Source: a virus (lineage: Duplodnaviria > Caudoviricetes). Taken from it: a DNA stretch of 59,894 bases. Where the stretch lies: positions 1 through 59,894 of the IMG/VR virus record IMGVR_UViG_3300033388_003934, one strand, 5' to 3'. The notes under the pieces are model-generated. The model had not been told where the DNA came from, did no database searches, and was given only the letters and a program-made list of their open reading frames with translations. Below are positions 23,101 through 31,726 of this stretch, one piece after another. Position numbers and translations under genes: made by a program. The stretch's first letter is position 1. Every line of letters starts with the position of its first letter.

Positions 23101-26100
23101 GGTGGAGATGCATATGTAAAAGTTATTGATAAAGATGTTGTTAAAGGTGATTTATCTCAATATGAATATGTTGATGTTGATACTGGTAAAGTAAGACAAG
23201 CAATACCAATAGAACAATTTGTAGAAAATCCTACAAAATTTGCATCAAAAGAACAAAGAGCATATAAACTCAAAAACTTTAAAAATTATCGTGTAGCATT
23301 TAATCTTAATAAAGATTTAACTAAAGTTCCATTATCAAAACAAAACCATGTACTTTCTACACAATTAGCTAAAATTCTATTAAATTATGATGTAAGTCAA
23401 AATGAAATTCAAAAATTTGAAGATTCATTAGTAAATGTATTAAGAGATTCATTAGAAATAAAGGGAGATGATTATTATAAATCAGCAGTTGTTAATAGAT
23501 TAAAATATGTAAATTCTTTATTAGAAAATTTAACAGCAAATTCAGAAGAAAATACTAAATCTGAAATCATTGAGATATTAACAGAAATGCAAAAAATCAA
23601 TGATAAACAAAGATTAACTACATATAAAATTGGTCCTTATGTTTACAATAAACAACAAATTTCAAATTTAGGAGCACTATCTGATTTATATGAAAATGTA
23701 TATATAAAACAAACACAAACTGAAGATGTTTGGGAAGAAAGGTTAAAACAAAATGAATTAACACTTGCTCAGTTTGATAATTTAATGGCAAATGATATAA
23801 TCACTAAATCAGAAAACGATCAATTATCAGAATATGAACAAGAAACTGTTTTATCTAAAAAAGCAAAAGAACCATTAGAATCTTTTGATCATCCTAATTT
23901 AAAACCAATGGTTGAACAATTTATTGCAAGTCGTTTAACTAAAACTGGTGTTAGAACTGAAATAGCTGGTATGTATGCTCATATGATGCCTGATATGTCT
24001 AATAAACTTAAAGGGTATAAAGAAAATGGATTAGAGCCTATGGAAGTAGCTGTTCCATGGTCTATGTTTGTTGAAAAGAAAGAAGGTGAAGAAGATGCAG
24101 AAGCTAAAGCGAGAGCTGAACAAATGTTAAAAGATAGTCCTGAGAAGTTTAAAACTGTTGTTGTTCGTGTTCCAGCTTCTGGTGCGGTATCTCAATTTGT
24201 TGGGCAAGTTAAATATTTTATAGACGGTCATTCAAATACTTCTATTGTTCCTAAAGAATTTGTTGATGCTTCAGATGCTGATCACGATGGAGATAAAGTA
24301 TTTGTTTATAAAGCTGAAATAAATACTAATGGAGATATTGTAGAAGGAAGTAAAACAGATGCTTTTAATCAAATCTATGAAAGGGCTAATAGTAAAGCTA
24401 CTAAAGAAGCAGCAACTAAAGGAAGTTTAAGTTTAGATTTAATTAAAGATATGTTAGTTAAATTAGATTTATACAATGAAGATGTATTTAAGCTTAATAA
24501 CTATGAGGATTTTGCTAAGTTAGCAAACAATATGTCTTTTGGTCAAGACGCTATTGGTATATGGGCGATTGCTTCAAAAATGTTATCTGTTTTATCTCAA
24601 TCAGAAGAACAATTAAAAACACCAATTTCTTTTGGATTTAAAAATGGTAAATTAATTGAAGAGAAAAGACAAAAATTCACTAACAATGCTTTAGATGATG
24701 TTGCAAGATTTTTACAAGCAGCACTTGATATGGGTAATGATCCTATACATATTTCAACTGGTATTAATGAAAATACTATTGGAGTAGCTACTGCTTTATC
24801 TTTAATGGATGTTAAGTTTGAAGAAATAATTGAATTTTTAAATAGTCCAACGATAGTTAAATTAAATGAAGATATATCATCTGCAAAAACTAATTATATT
24901 GATAAAGGTACATTTAGTGTTAATAGATATTTAAAAGAGAAAAAAGGAGAATTAGGAGCTAAGAAAGGGGATTTAACTAAAAATGCATTAAATGAAATTA
25001 TAGAAAGAGGTGGTAAAAAGAAATTAGCTAAAGATGTTCAGCCAGGTATTTATAGTACTAAAGATGGTAAATCTTATTATAAAGTAGAAGATTTAGGAAA
25101 TAGAACAGCTGGATATTCATTTGCATCAGAAAATGATTTAGCAAATAAAGATGAATTAGCAATAATTAAAAAGTTTGCTGAATTACAAGAAATAGCTACT
25201 GATTTACAAAGATTGATACCTGTATTACAATTAGATAATAAATTACCTAATAATGGTTTTGATGTAAGAAAAACATTAGAAATATTAGAAGATATGGTAG
25301 CTGGAGATTTTAAATTTACTACTGATAGAATATCTCAAAGACCATTAATAAAACATTATAGAAATCTATTAAAACAACAACAAAGAGTTTATAATTCTAA
25401 ATTTTATATTAATGATAGTCAATTTTATGATGAAGCTTTAACAATGGCTTCTAATATTTGGGGTACAGATAATGGCATCTATAAACATAAAAATGTTTAT
25501 AAAGCAATGGAAGAGTCTATGTATTTATATAGAGCTCAAAAAGAGTTTAATAATAAAATAGATGTATCAGCTAAATTTATTGATGATACAGTTAATAAAT
25601 ACGAAACTATTATAGGTGCTATTAATAATCCTAACAATAATAATTTATTTGTATCAAAGCCATTTGGAATAAGTGAAGATGCTTTTAATCAGGTAATTAC
25701 TGAATTACAAAGTGCTAAGTCAATGGGTGAACAAGTATTTCAAAGAGAATTACAAAGATTATTAGAATCACAAAATGCTATTGAAAGAGTTATTGGAGAA
25801 AGAGTTGAAGCTGACGAAGAAAATAAAGCAATTGCTTTTGGTTTAAGAAACAATGCATTTATTAAACATTTAACGATAAGAGAAAATAAAGATGGCACAA
25901 AACATATTGTACCTGTAAGTTCTCTTAATGATATGACAACTTCAGGATTGAAAATAATTCAAGATTCATATAATCAATTACCAGAAAATATACAAAATGA
26001 AATTAGAGCATATGCAATGTTGAGGTTTGGTATTGCGTCTAAATTAGGTAGCATATCTAAAATGTTCCCTACTGGAATGTCTATTGCTGTTCTTAAAAAT

Positions 26101-26517
26101 TCTAATGAATTATTAAAGTATGGTATTGGAGTAGAAAGTGAAACTAATTTCTTTGCAAATAAAGAAAATGTAGATCTTTTAAAAGCAAATACAGCTATAA
26201 TGATGAAAGAAACATTACCTCTTGTTACTCCAGCTGAAGATATTCAAAGTGAAAAAGATGTAGCTTATAATGAATATTATTTTTCTGGTGATAAAGCTTA
26301 TGTTAATACTAATTCAGAGTTTGTTAGAATAGGAGAAGATGTTTATCGTAGAGTAGGTGATTCAGATAGTCGTATATTTGAAAACTTAAGAGATTTTGGT
26401 GGCGTTAAATCAAAAGGATATAATATCTTAATAAGAAATAAAAACTTGTTGGCTAAAACCTCAGAAAATTTCAATAAAGAAAAAGAAGAAGTAAGAAAAT
26501 GTTTTATCGGTTTATAA
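17146..26517 (+). CDS. Virion-packaged RNA polymerase (double-psi beta-barrel type) with zincin-like domain
   Basis: 3123 aa; VVRVPASG (RVP at 24166-24174) followed by DADHDGDK (DHDGD at 24280-24294); HEGAH at 20410-20424; Gly/Ala-rich N-terminal region; Crassvirales synteny. Confidence 0.85.
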   Translation: MGDYVKNKMQASGGNPGGRRYTDDFRDRTPHLVDVEGNINLDREFLEGRSDMEQQMTSMGFDVGRLDLAEADYADMYRDWNKLDAMEVPDFYDPFEAESYEFERWAITDLAAGLWNRGVAGMVSGVAQAPALLGAAITGSEEGDFWDTWIDGVNEMEEGMSIQASDKALKPMTDGFNANNFAYAFGDGLGFMADIFLGSKGAGALLKAGSAASKIQRTQRLGTFITGTMQMQKDLYKEGIAAGLSPGNAARVAIPTAMVVSASEGAALEMLGMTISGQMLRGASRSALRAELKALGKAGGELNLANFKKLVPSTARSVGQKMKDFGTGFVKGYPVEATQEFVQTYIEDLGKHAYDTWFAGKDAVKGAGKFGVDWKETFEKAVVSGIVGGMVGGTIGGGGSAIRGIEGNTTFTYVKDAIDNNKPGKVKRLINKVNRMGSTGAIKNAPEVIQAIKDMTRYSQSIKGLNIDSSTANFQLFQLNQIQDEFQTKFGKEFKTDAKTNYLIANAYRINEEKATMLTQAMNNEMQVLIQDKKPLTKDLNKFERKLSNYQNLFHKIQKGKINKEELVSEIRKNESPVVTKWRQQIEAEMEAIKQSQLDNDGVSINQELDNLDDAKAAKKAEGKQFAYTELPGNKKASKEAINDFEKLVAEKEKVNQLADTDVNAVEKFATKLEQQYGMSIQDLTALEENWSIGEEIGKKSKEGKLKYKEPTKTKAKQETTDKPLTEDEKRIEAFAQNFAESTTDENNRRFAKDAKEDEAFYEANKEAIEKRTSEIKAEKMADDMLVMGDEFKAWKPGTKEEKFYNENKELVDKKLEELKAEKKKPETKEKETKKKEVKEEAPKNKLQELSDSIDNNKNLNERDLNAYQDELQKLADEGVGTVEERAELNDKIAKNREQLKSLTEEQIIEEAPTEAKKEESKEEVKEDLTEEMVPEGVDEETLLEEREKAKKDVEYSKLLNEENTITNKLKKVGLTGKERDGLRKRLKEIQKEKKEIEDTDKGQEQEYVAPSKEEEKNSQDAFEKRRQRRNRIKKDQRKNIEKDNLERNLIQNNPQLFNKILNHFKKLFPNVPVVDINVDTAFQNTLLHEGAHIIKDILGDNHPLIKAGMQFIKGTQYFKNAQILYPELTVEEQAEEALMEAIADNSLEKLKTKLEGTNLQKFVAWLKRFWNAAKKAIGLKKGKQSVDMLADMLAYSKTPYNANLGLLPSFKQQRSIQHLKTINEVQVTAALSRMDYMLGESKFNPNEGFNLQTMVYEDLADLLVLEQEIPESNSIFDGLSSESVKSILEAKTQAKKAQKLMWALKTESKELWNIIETSTRQLSKKTLPVLDDVENLIKVSLKRDDNVSNSVRSIVTALVDNNGFLYDSNLVYQQIAKIADVSVDINSFEKTLKDLADNGNDIAHKLNLILDSFEDSTKRGILSELASLTTIEYRSLIKNTTVQDGKKKVSVLWKRVNKDRTVEDQINEMSNHWKNADLQQIKSLLNETINQEKIGQLKYWKAGLKNNWFRYSKNIFEQLFGIKLSEKEYLDFLNNYVKSAVATKDLSKQQVERRRLKGLIGFRAKGKSYGRLTEAFDQIEREGKLDKKQISGVLRQLALAKQGDALATNFVNQAGNNVTATRLGYWVNQFNKLFTYDKGFRGDINKSNLYKDNPIINYWNKSKDKPEWFIHDAFENVGYSGAIEHSYAEVNDIILNNFFYFSQNKGIKDAYFQSIGVTGDRGHLTYFKVPKFKGDRLKQEYKKRALLDEQLINNRVKNTGKSLNEVVIQFNKTSLNEAVIENGKVVVKTPYEGNKFSKKINQEVDKIYGLLEKTDTIESVQSANPDVDVKSIIGEYIYNESLNRSYLTDIYAGPAIYKKSVADVMKRMAGLNSGGKLINIDKPVHVFVIDTKKMSDSFSFNGSHFAKRLTDMSGDTDVVGVNVKDMLYEIGPEGDLDFYKMSTLNVTGDVDANSLTEFADQNDLANPTGYNAIGNAILEIEKALGGDAYVKVIDKDVVKGDLSQYEYVDVDTGKVRQAIPIEQFVENPTKFASKEQRAYKLKNFKNYRVAFNLNKDLTKVPLSKQNHVLSTQLAKILLNYDVSQNEIQKFEDSLVNVLRDSLEIKGDDYYKSAVVNRLKYVNSLLENLTANSEENTKSEIIEILTEMQKINDKQRLTTYKIGPYVYNKQQISNLGALSDLYENVYIKQTQTEDVWEERLKQNELTLAQFDNLMANDIITKSENDQLSEYEQETVLSKKAKEPLESFDHPNLKPMVEQFIASRLTKTGVRTEIAGMYAHMMPDMSNKLKGYKENGLEPMEVAVPWSMFVEKKEGEEDAEAKARAEQMLKDSPEKFKTVVVRVPASGAVSQFVGQVKYFIDGHSNTSIVPKEFVDASDADHDGDKVFVYKAEINTNGDIVEGSKTDAFNQIYERANSKATKEAATKGSLSLDLIKDMLVKLDLYNEDVFKLNNYEDFAKLANNMSFGQDAIGIWAIASKMLSVLSQSEEQLKTPISFGFKNGKLIEEKRQKFTNNALDDVARFLQAALDMGNDPIHISTGINENTIGVATALSLMDVKFEEIIEFLNSPTIVKLNEDISSAKTNYIDKGTFSVNRYLKEKKGELGAKKGDLTKNALNEIIERGGKKKLAKDVQPGIYSTKDGKSYYKVEDLGNRTAGYSFASENDLANKDELAIIKKFAELQEIATDLQRLIPVLQLDNKLPNNGFDVRKTLEILEDMVAGDFKFTTDRISQRPLIKHYRNLLKQQQRVYNSKFYINDSQFYDEALTMASNIWGTDNGIYKHKNVYKAMEESMYLYRAQKEFNNKIDVSAKFIDDTVNKYETIIGAINNPNNNNLFVSKPFGISEDAFNQVITELQSAKSMGEQVFQRELQRLLESQNAIERVIGERVEADEENKAIAFGLRNNAFIKHLTIRENKDGTKHIVPVSSLNDMTTSGLKIIQDSYNQLPENIQNEIRAYAMLRFGIASKLGSISKMFPTGMSIAVLKNSNELLKYGIGVESETNFFANKENVDLLKANTAIMMKETLPLVTPAEDIQSEKDVAYNEYYFSGDKAYVNTNSEFVRIGEDVYRRVGDSDSRIFENLRDFGGVKSKGYNILIRNKNLLAKTSENFNKEKEEVRKCFIGL

Positions 26518-26526
26518 ATTTAATAT

Positions 26527-29500
26527 ATGGCAACCTGTCCAAATAAATCTAATCCAGAGTGGAGATACTTAGAAGAGTCTGTTGGTAGAGAACAAGCTAT
26601 TGATAGATATGTTAAAAATGGAAATAAAATACCTAAAATAAATGGGTATGTAAATCCATATACACAAGGATTGAGTGATTTAAAATTTAATCAAATAACT
26701 ACTGCTACTAAATTAAATGAAGCACCTGAAGTAGCTAATGAGATTATTAATAAATTAAATGAGCAATATCCTAATGTACAAGTATCTAAAGATGGTTTAA
26801 TAAAAGATGGTAAGTGGGTTAAAATAGCTCCTGGTACACAAGGAATGCACAATAGGGCAGCGTTTGTTGGAGCTGTTGCTTGGGCTAATGATTCATATTT
26901 GGAAACACCTCCACATGAGTATGCTCACGATTATATAGAAATGTTTCAAAATCATCCATTAATGCGTAAAGCAATATTAGCTTATGGTTCAGAAAAGTTA
27001 GCTGATAAAATGGGTAAAGATTATGTGAATAATGTTTTAAACAGAAATGAAAAAAATCTTATTCAAAGGATATGGGATATGATTAGAAACTTTTTTGGTT
27101 CTCAAGATATAGGAGATTTGATTTCAGATAATTTTTACAAAGGTGTAAATATGTCTGAACATATTCATGAAGGAAATAATATTATGAATTATCAAACTAA
27201 AAGAGAGCCTTTAAAGAGAGTACAAGGTGCGTTTGATAGTAAAGGAAGATATGATCAAAATTCTATTGAATTAACAACAATAGATACTGATAGAGCTGTA
27301 GATTATATTATGCATACTATGGCTGGATATAATGTATTTGGCTCTATGAAAACTGAATTTGATGTTGATGAAGAAATATTTGTTGATAAAGTAGAGGGTG
27401 GAATAAATAATGATAGAGCTGCATTAATATTTAATTTTTTAATGGAGCAGATAATGGCTTCAGACACTGATAGTAATGGTAAATATGTGAATAGGTCTGG
27501 ATTATCAAGACATCAGATTAGAGAGTTCAAAAAAAGAATGAGGGGTGTTAATAACACTGAACATGTACAAGAGCTTTTAGATATACTACAAGGCAACAAA
27601 GAAAAGCCTTCAATGAATAATATGTCAAATATCTCTAAAGATTTTTGGCTATTAGTAAGAGCAATGCAAAAACTTAATTATTTAGCTAAAGAAAAGCAAT
27701 CTATAATAGCTGATGATAATAAGATGATTAGCAAAAATACTATTAGAGATGAAATTCTTAATGAGATAAATACTATTAATGCTAAAAGAGAAGCAACATT
27801 AGAAAAGAAATTTAAAAATCCATTAATTAAGAAATTTGTTAAATGGTCAAATAAACAAATAACAGATTTTTTTATTACACCATATTTAACTGCTAAATAT
27901 TTAGCTGGAGAAAATTCAGTATTTATGGATTTATTTTATCGTGCATTAGATAATGCTGATACTAATAAACTAAAAATACTTCAACAGTTTGATAAAGATT
28001 TAGCTTTGTCGGAAGAAGATAAAAGAATGTTAGGAAGATTTTCTTCTTTTTCAGATCCTAAAGGAACAATTGATTCTTATAAAGGTGCAACTATAGATAT
28101 AAAAATTGGTGAAGATTCTAAACAAAAGATTAAATTAACTGATGGAGAATTACTTTCTCTTTATATGACATTAAAACAAACAGGTGATCAATCTATATTT
28201 CCTGATTCTGATAGTCCAGCTGTTACATTAATTAAACAAGGTTTTCATTTAGATAAAATTGAAGGTAGACCTGGTATGGCTAAAACAAAATACAATTTTA
28301 CTGTAGGTACACAAGAACAGATTATAAATCATATAGAGTCTAATCCTTCATTAATGAAAGTTGTTAAAAATGTAAATCAATCTCTTGATAATTTATATAT
28401 ACCATTAAATAAAACATTTAAACAACAAAATGGTTTTGCTTTACCTAAGTATGAAAATTATTTTCCAGTAACTACTTTTTTTGGTGCTTATGATATGAAA
28501 ACTCAAAAGAAAAATATTGAGAATTTTAAATCAATAAGAGATAGAGTAGGTTCTGGACAGCCATTAATTATTTCAGATGTTAATAAAGTATTAGCATATC
28601 ATTCACAAAATGCTGCTTCATATTCAGCTTACGCTATACCAATAGAAAATAATAGAAAAATTCTTAGAGATTTAAAAAATGAATTTGCTGGTGGTGGAAA
28701 AGAATATGCTACTATCAATAGATTAATAGACCAAGCAGAAGGTAAATTAGTTCAATTAAATGATCCTACATTCCTTTCAACTTCTGAAGGAGAAAAAGAT
28801 TTTTCTAATTTACTAAATAAAGGTATGAGTAATTTTGCTGTTGCTGTATTGTCATGGAATATACCTGTAATGATGAAACAGCCTATTTCATATATGGCTG
28901 CAAGAGAAATGATAAATGCTAAATATTTAGCTAAAGCTGGATGGGGTGCGGGAGGTATTGCCGGTATTACTCCTGGTCAAATATTTAAAGCAATAAAATA
29001 TACAGGAGTTAAAGAAGGTAAAACAGTATTACCTTTTGAGTGGCAAATGGATGAAAAGAATCCTACTTATCAAGATATTATAAAATGGTCTCCAAAATTA
29101 ACTGCAAGATTTGATGGTGCTGTTTCTAAAGAAATGGGTGAAGCTATGTTTGAAAAAACATTTGGAAAAGATGAAATAACAATACCAGGTCTTAAAAATA
29201 AAGATGGTAATAACTATAAAGTATCTCGTGCAAGATTAATGGAAGGTATTAAGATATTTGATGCTGCTACTGTAATGTCTATATGGAAAGCTGTTAAAGC
29301 AGAAACAGCAGAAATGCATCCAGAATTAAAAGAAGGTAGTGATGAATATATGGAGCATGTAGCTCAAAGAACTGAAAATATAGTTAATGCTACACAACCT
29401 ACATTTGATTTAATGAATAGAACAAATTTAAGTTCTATGAAAAATCCTTTTGCAAGAACATTTTCTATGTTTGGTTCTGCAAGAAGTAAATTAGGTGCAT

Positions 29501-30018
29501 TAATGATAGATGGTTTTTATGATATGATTACAAACCCTACTAAAGAAAACAAAAGGAAATTTAGAAAAAGAATGTTCAATTTAGCTGTATTAAATGGTTT
29601 AGCTATTTCTATGGCTAATGCATTAGCAATGGGTTTTGATTGGGAAGATGAAGATAAAGATGGTGAATTAGTAGATGATATTGGAAATTGGACAACTTAT
29701 CAAATGATTAATGCGTCATTTGGTAACTTATATTTTGCTGGTGAAATATCAAGGTTTGTAACATCAAGAATTGATGATGCTCCTTGGCGAAGTGAAATAG
29801 AAAATCCATTAGAAGTTGTTTTAAATGATGGATTAGAGGCGGCTGTTAAGATAGTTCGAGTTGGAAAAACAGATAAAAGAACTGGTGAATGGAACTATAC
29901 AATAGATGATGGTATGCTTGAAATGCTTGATGTAACAACCAAGATGATAGGAGTGCCAAATAAATTAATAAAAACTCCACAAAATTCTTATGAGTATTTT
30001 TTTGGAGAAGATGAATAA
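26527..30018 (+). CDS. Large virion cargo protein with zincin-like HExxH domain
   Basis: MATCPNKSNPEWRYL start; PPHEYAHDY with HEYAH at 26914-26928; helical C-terminal region. Confidence 0.65.
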   Translation: MATCPNKSNPEWRYLEESVGREQAIDRYVKNGNKIPKINGYVNPYTQGLSDLKFNQITTATKLNEAPEVANEIINKLNEQYPNVQVSKDGLIKDGKWVKIAPGTQGMHNRAAFVGAVAWANDSYLETPPHEYAHDYIEMFQNHPLMRKAILAYGSEKLADKMGKDYVNNVLNRNEKNLIQRIWDMIRNFFGSQDIGDLISDNFYKGVNMSEHIHEGNNIMNYQTKREPLKRVQGAFDSKGRYDQNSIELTTIDTDRAVDYIMHTMAGYNVFGSMKTEFDVDEEIFVDKVEGGINNDRAALIFNFLMEQIMASDTDSNGKYVNRSGLSRHQIREFKKRMRGVNNTEHVQELLDILQGNKEKPSMNNMSNISKDFWLLVRAMQKLNYLAKEKQSIIADDNKMISKNTIRDEILNEINTINAKREATLEKKFKNPLIKKFVKWSNKQITDFFITPYLTAKYLAGENSVFMDLFYRALDNADTNKLKILQQFDKDLALSEEDKRMLGRFSSFSDPKGTIDSYKGATIDIKIGEDSKQKIKLTDGELLSLYMTLKQTGDQSIFPDSDSPAVTLIKQGFHLDKIEGRPGMAKTKYNFTVGTQEQIINHIESNPSLMKVVKNVNQSLDNLYIPLNKTFKQQNGFALPKYENYFPVTTFFGAYDMKTQKKNIENFKSIRDRVGSGQPLIISDVNKVLAYHSQNAASYSAYAIPIENNRKILRDLKNEFAGGGKEYATINRLIDQAEGKLVQLNDPTFLSTSEGEKDFSNLLNKGMSNFAVAVLSWNIPVMMKQPISYMAAREMINAKYLAKAGWGAGGIAGITPGQIFKAIKYTGVKEGKTVLPFEWQMDEKNPTYQDIIKWSPKLTARFDGAVSKEMGEAMFEKTFGKDEITIPGLKNKDGNNYKVSRARLMEGIKIFDAATVMSIWKAVKAETAEMHPELKEGSDEYMEHVAQRTENIVNATQPTFDLMNRTNLSSMKNPFARTFSMFGSARSKLGALMIDGFYDMITNPTKENKRKFRKRMFNLAVLNGLAISMANALAMGFDWEDEDKDGELVDDIGNWTTYQMINASFGNLYFAGEISRFVTSRIDDAPWRSEIENPLEVVLNDGLEAAVKIVRVGKTDKRTGEWNYTIDDGMLEMLDVTTKMIGVPNKLIKTPQNSYEYFFGEDE

Positions 30019-30032
30019 TAAAATTAAATTTG
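30001..30032 (+). promoter_or_regulatory. Bacteroidota housekeeping-sigma-type promoter (-33 TTTG / -7 TAnnTTTG)
   Basis: TTTG(30001-30004)-N20-TAAATTTG(30025-30032), 7 nt before the ATG at 30040. Confidence 0.5.
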
Positions 30033-30039
30033 TTAAGTC

Positions 30040-30960
30040 ATGGCTTTAGAACTGGATTTTGAATTAAGTATTACGGACTGTTGTGATGAATTACAGTTCT
30101 GTGATACAACCTGTAAATTTGATCCAAATAAACCAGCGTTATGTTGCGATGGATATGGCGCTTTAGGAAATCCTAATATTCAAGATATATATTCCACATC
30201 ATTTAATTGGATTTTACCTGATGGTTCTCATTATAATAATGTTAATCCTTTATTTGTACAAGGGCTTCCAGCCACTTATACTTTTCAAATAACTGGTGGA
30301 ACTGTTGGAAATGTAGGGGTTGCTATAAATAGCACATATATTGGAACAACATTTTTTCAAACAGATTTAGAGACAACAACTACAGTTTTAGTTAATAGTA
30401 TAAATTCATTAACTGCTGGTACAGGTTGGTATGCATATAAAGATACAAATGATACTACAGGAACGACTGTAATTATTTCAAATGTAAATAATGGTATAGC
30501 ATATAATTCAATGACTGTGCTTGTTGATGCTGATGGAGATATGACAACATCTTGGCTTCTTGGCGATGTTACTGCCGGAGCTCGTAATGGAGGTGCTTGT
30601 TATACTGTAAACTTAGATGATGTTGTAACTGAGCCATGTTCAGTAGATTCTTTTCCAAATTGGTTAGATGGAGTATATTGTTTAACATATATTGTATATG
30701 ACCAGAATGGAGTAGAAATAGCAAGAAAAACCAAAAAATTCTTTATAGACTGTAATGCTAAAAATTGTTTAAAGACTCTGATTAAGACTTTGTTAGATGA
30801 TTGTAAAGATTGTGACGAAGCTGATCCGAGAATAGTTATGTTAAGGTCAAAGTTAGATGCAGCCAGAAATCAATTTGATGAATGTTTATATGATTGCGCT
30901 CAAGAAACAATTGAGTCAGTTAGTAAACAATGTAGAAACTTTTGCCTTGATTGTGACTAA
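30040..30960 (+). CDS. Cys-rich tail hub/fibre-attachment protein
   Basis: CC and CxxC motifs at both ends (TDCCDELQFCDTTCK; DDCKDCDE; CRNFCLDCD); WLDGVYCLTY. Confidence 0.5.
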   Translation: MALELDFELSITDCCDELQFCDTTCKFDPNKPALCCDGYGALGNPNIQDIYSTSFNWILPDGSHYNNVNPLFVQGLPATYTFQITGGTVGNVGVAINSTYIGTTFFQTDLETTTTVLVNSINSLTAGTGWYAYKDTNDTTGTTVIISNVNNGIAYNSMTVLVDADGDMTTSWLLGDVTAGARNGGACYTVNLDDVVTEPCSVDSFPNWLDGVYCLTYIVYDQNGVEIARKTKKFFIDCNAKNCLKTLIKTLLDDCKDCDEADPRIVMLRSKLDAARNQFDECLYDCAQETIESVSKQCRNFCLDCD

Positions 30961-31724
30961 TGAGTTTTGTAGACGATATAGTAGCTAATACAGCATTTGT
31001 TAACTCTTTTAAAGGGAGTATGCCTGTCATACCAACAGTTGATTGGATATGGTGTGATAATGCTACGAAAATATCTATATTTCCTGAATCTCGTTCTGGA
31101 TTTTATTGTTCACCATGTTTTTTATTAAAAAAATCAGATAGTTGTGATACATTTTATTTATTAGATAGTTCAAATTATTGTGGTAGTGAATTACCTACAT
31201 GTCCATATACGGTTTTAACGGTTGGAGCACAAGAGTTTTGGTTATTACCAGCTACAGTTAATCAATATAGTGTAGATTTTAAAGGTTGTTGTGATACAGA
31301 ATGGGAGAATATATTAGGTATAAATACTTTTTCACAAGGAGCTAAAACAGCAATAACTGCTTCAAGGGGTGATGGTTGTTATAGAGTAAATATAACAATA
31401 AGTGTAGATGTTTATGAGAATGTTGATATTGGTAGAGTTCCAGATTTAGAATTTAGAGAAACTATTACTAAAACATATTCGTATGAAATTACAATAGATT
31501 GTTGTAAAGTGTTGAAAAAGAACTTAATAGAAAAAGTAAAATGTAAATTAGGTTTAATATCTTGTAAGATTAATACTAATGAAACAATAGGTAAAAAAAC
31601 AAGTCATTTATATAATGACATGTATAGATTGTTAAATATATTATGGGTTTTAGAGAATTTTCCTTTGGATTGTAAATGTATTCAATCTTTAAAGTGTGGA
31701 TTTGATAAAATAAAAAATTGTTAA
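30960..31724 (+). CDS. Cys-rich tail hub protein
   Basis: TAATG coupling to upstream gene; many Cys; DGCYRVNI resembles DGVYCLTY of the upstream gene. Confidence 0.5.
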   Translation: MSFVDDIVANTAFVNSFKGSMPVIPTVDWIWCDNATKISIFPESRSGFYCSPCFLLKKSDSCDTFYLLDSSNYCGSELPTCPYTVLTVGAQEFWLLPATVNQYSVDFKGCCDTEWENILGINTFSQGAKTAITASRGDGCYRVNITISVDVYENVDIGRVPDLEFRETITKTYSYEITIDCCKVLKKNLIEKVKCKLGLISCKINTNETIGKKTSHLYNDMYRLLNILWVLENFPLDCKCIQSLKCGFDKIKNC

Positions 31725-31726
31725 TT

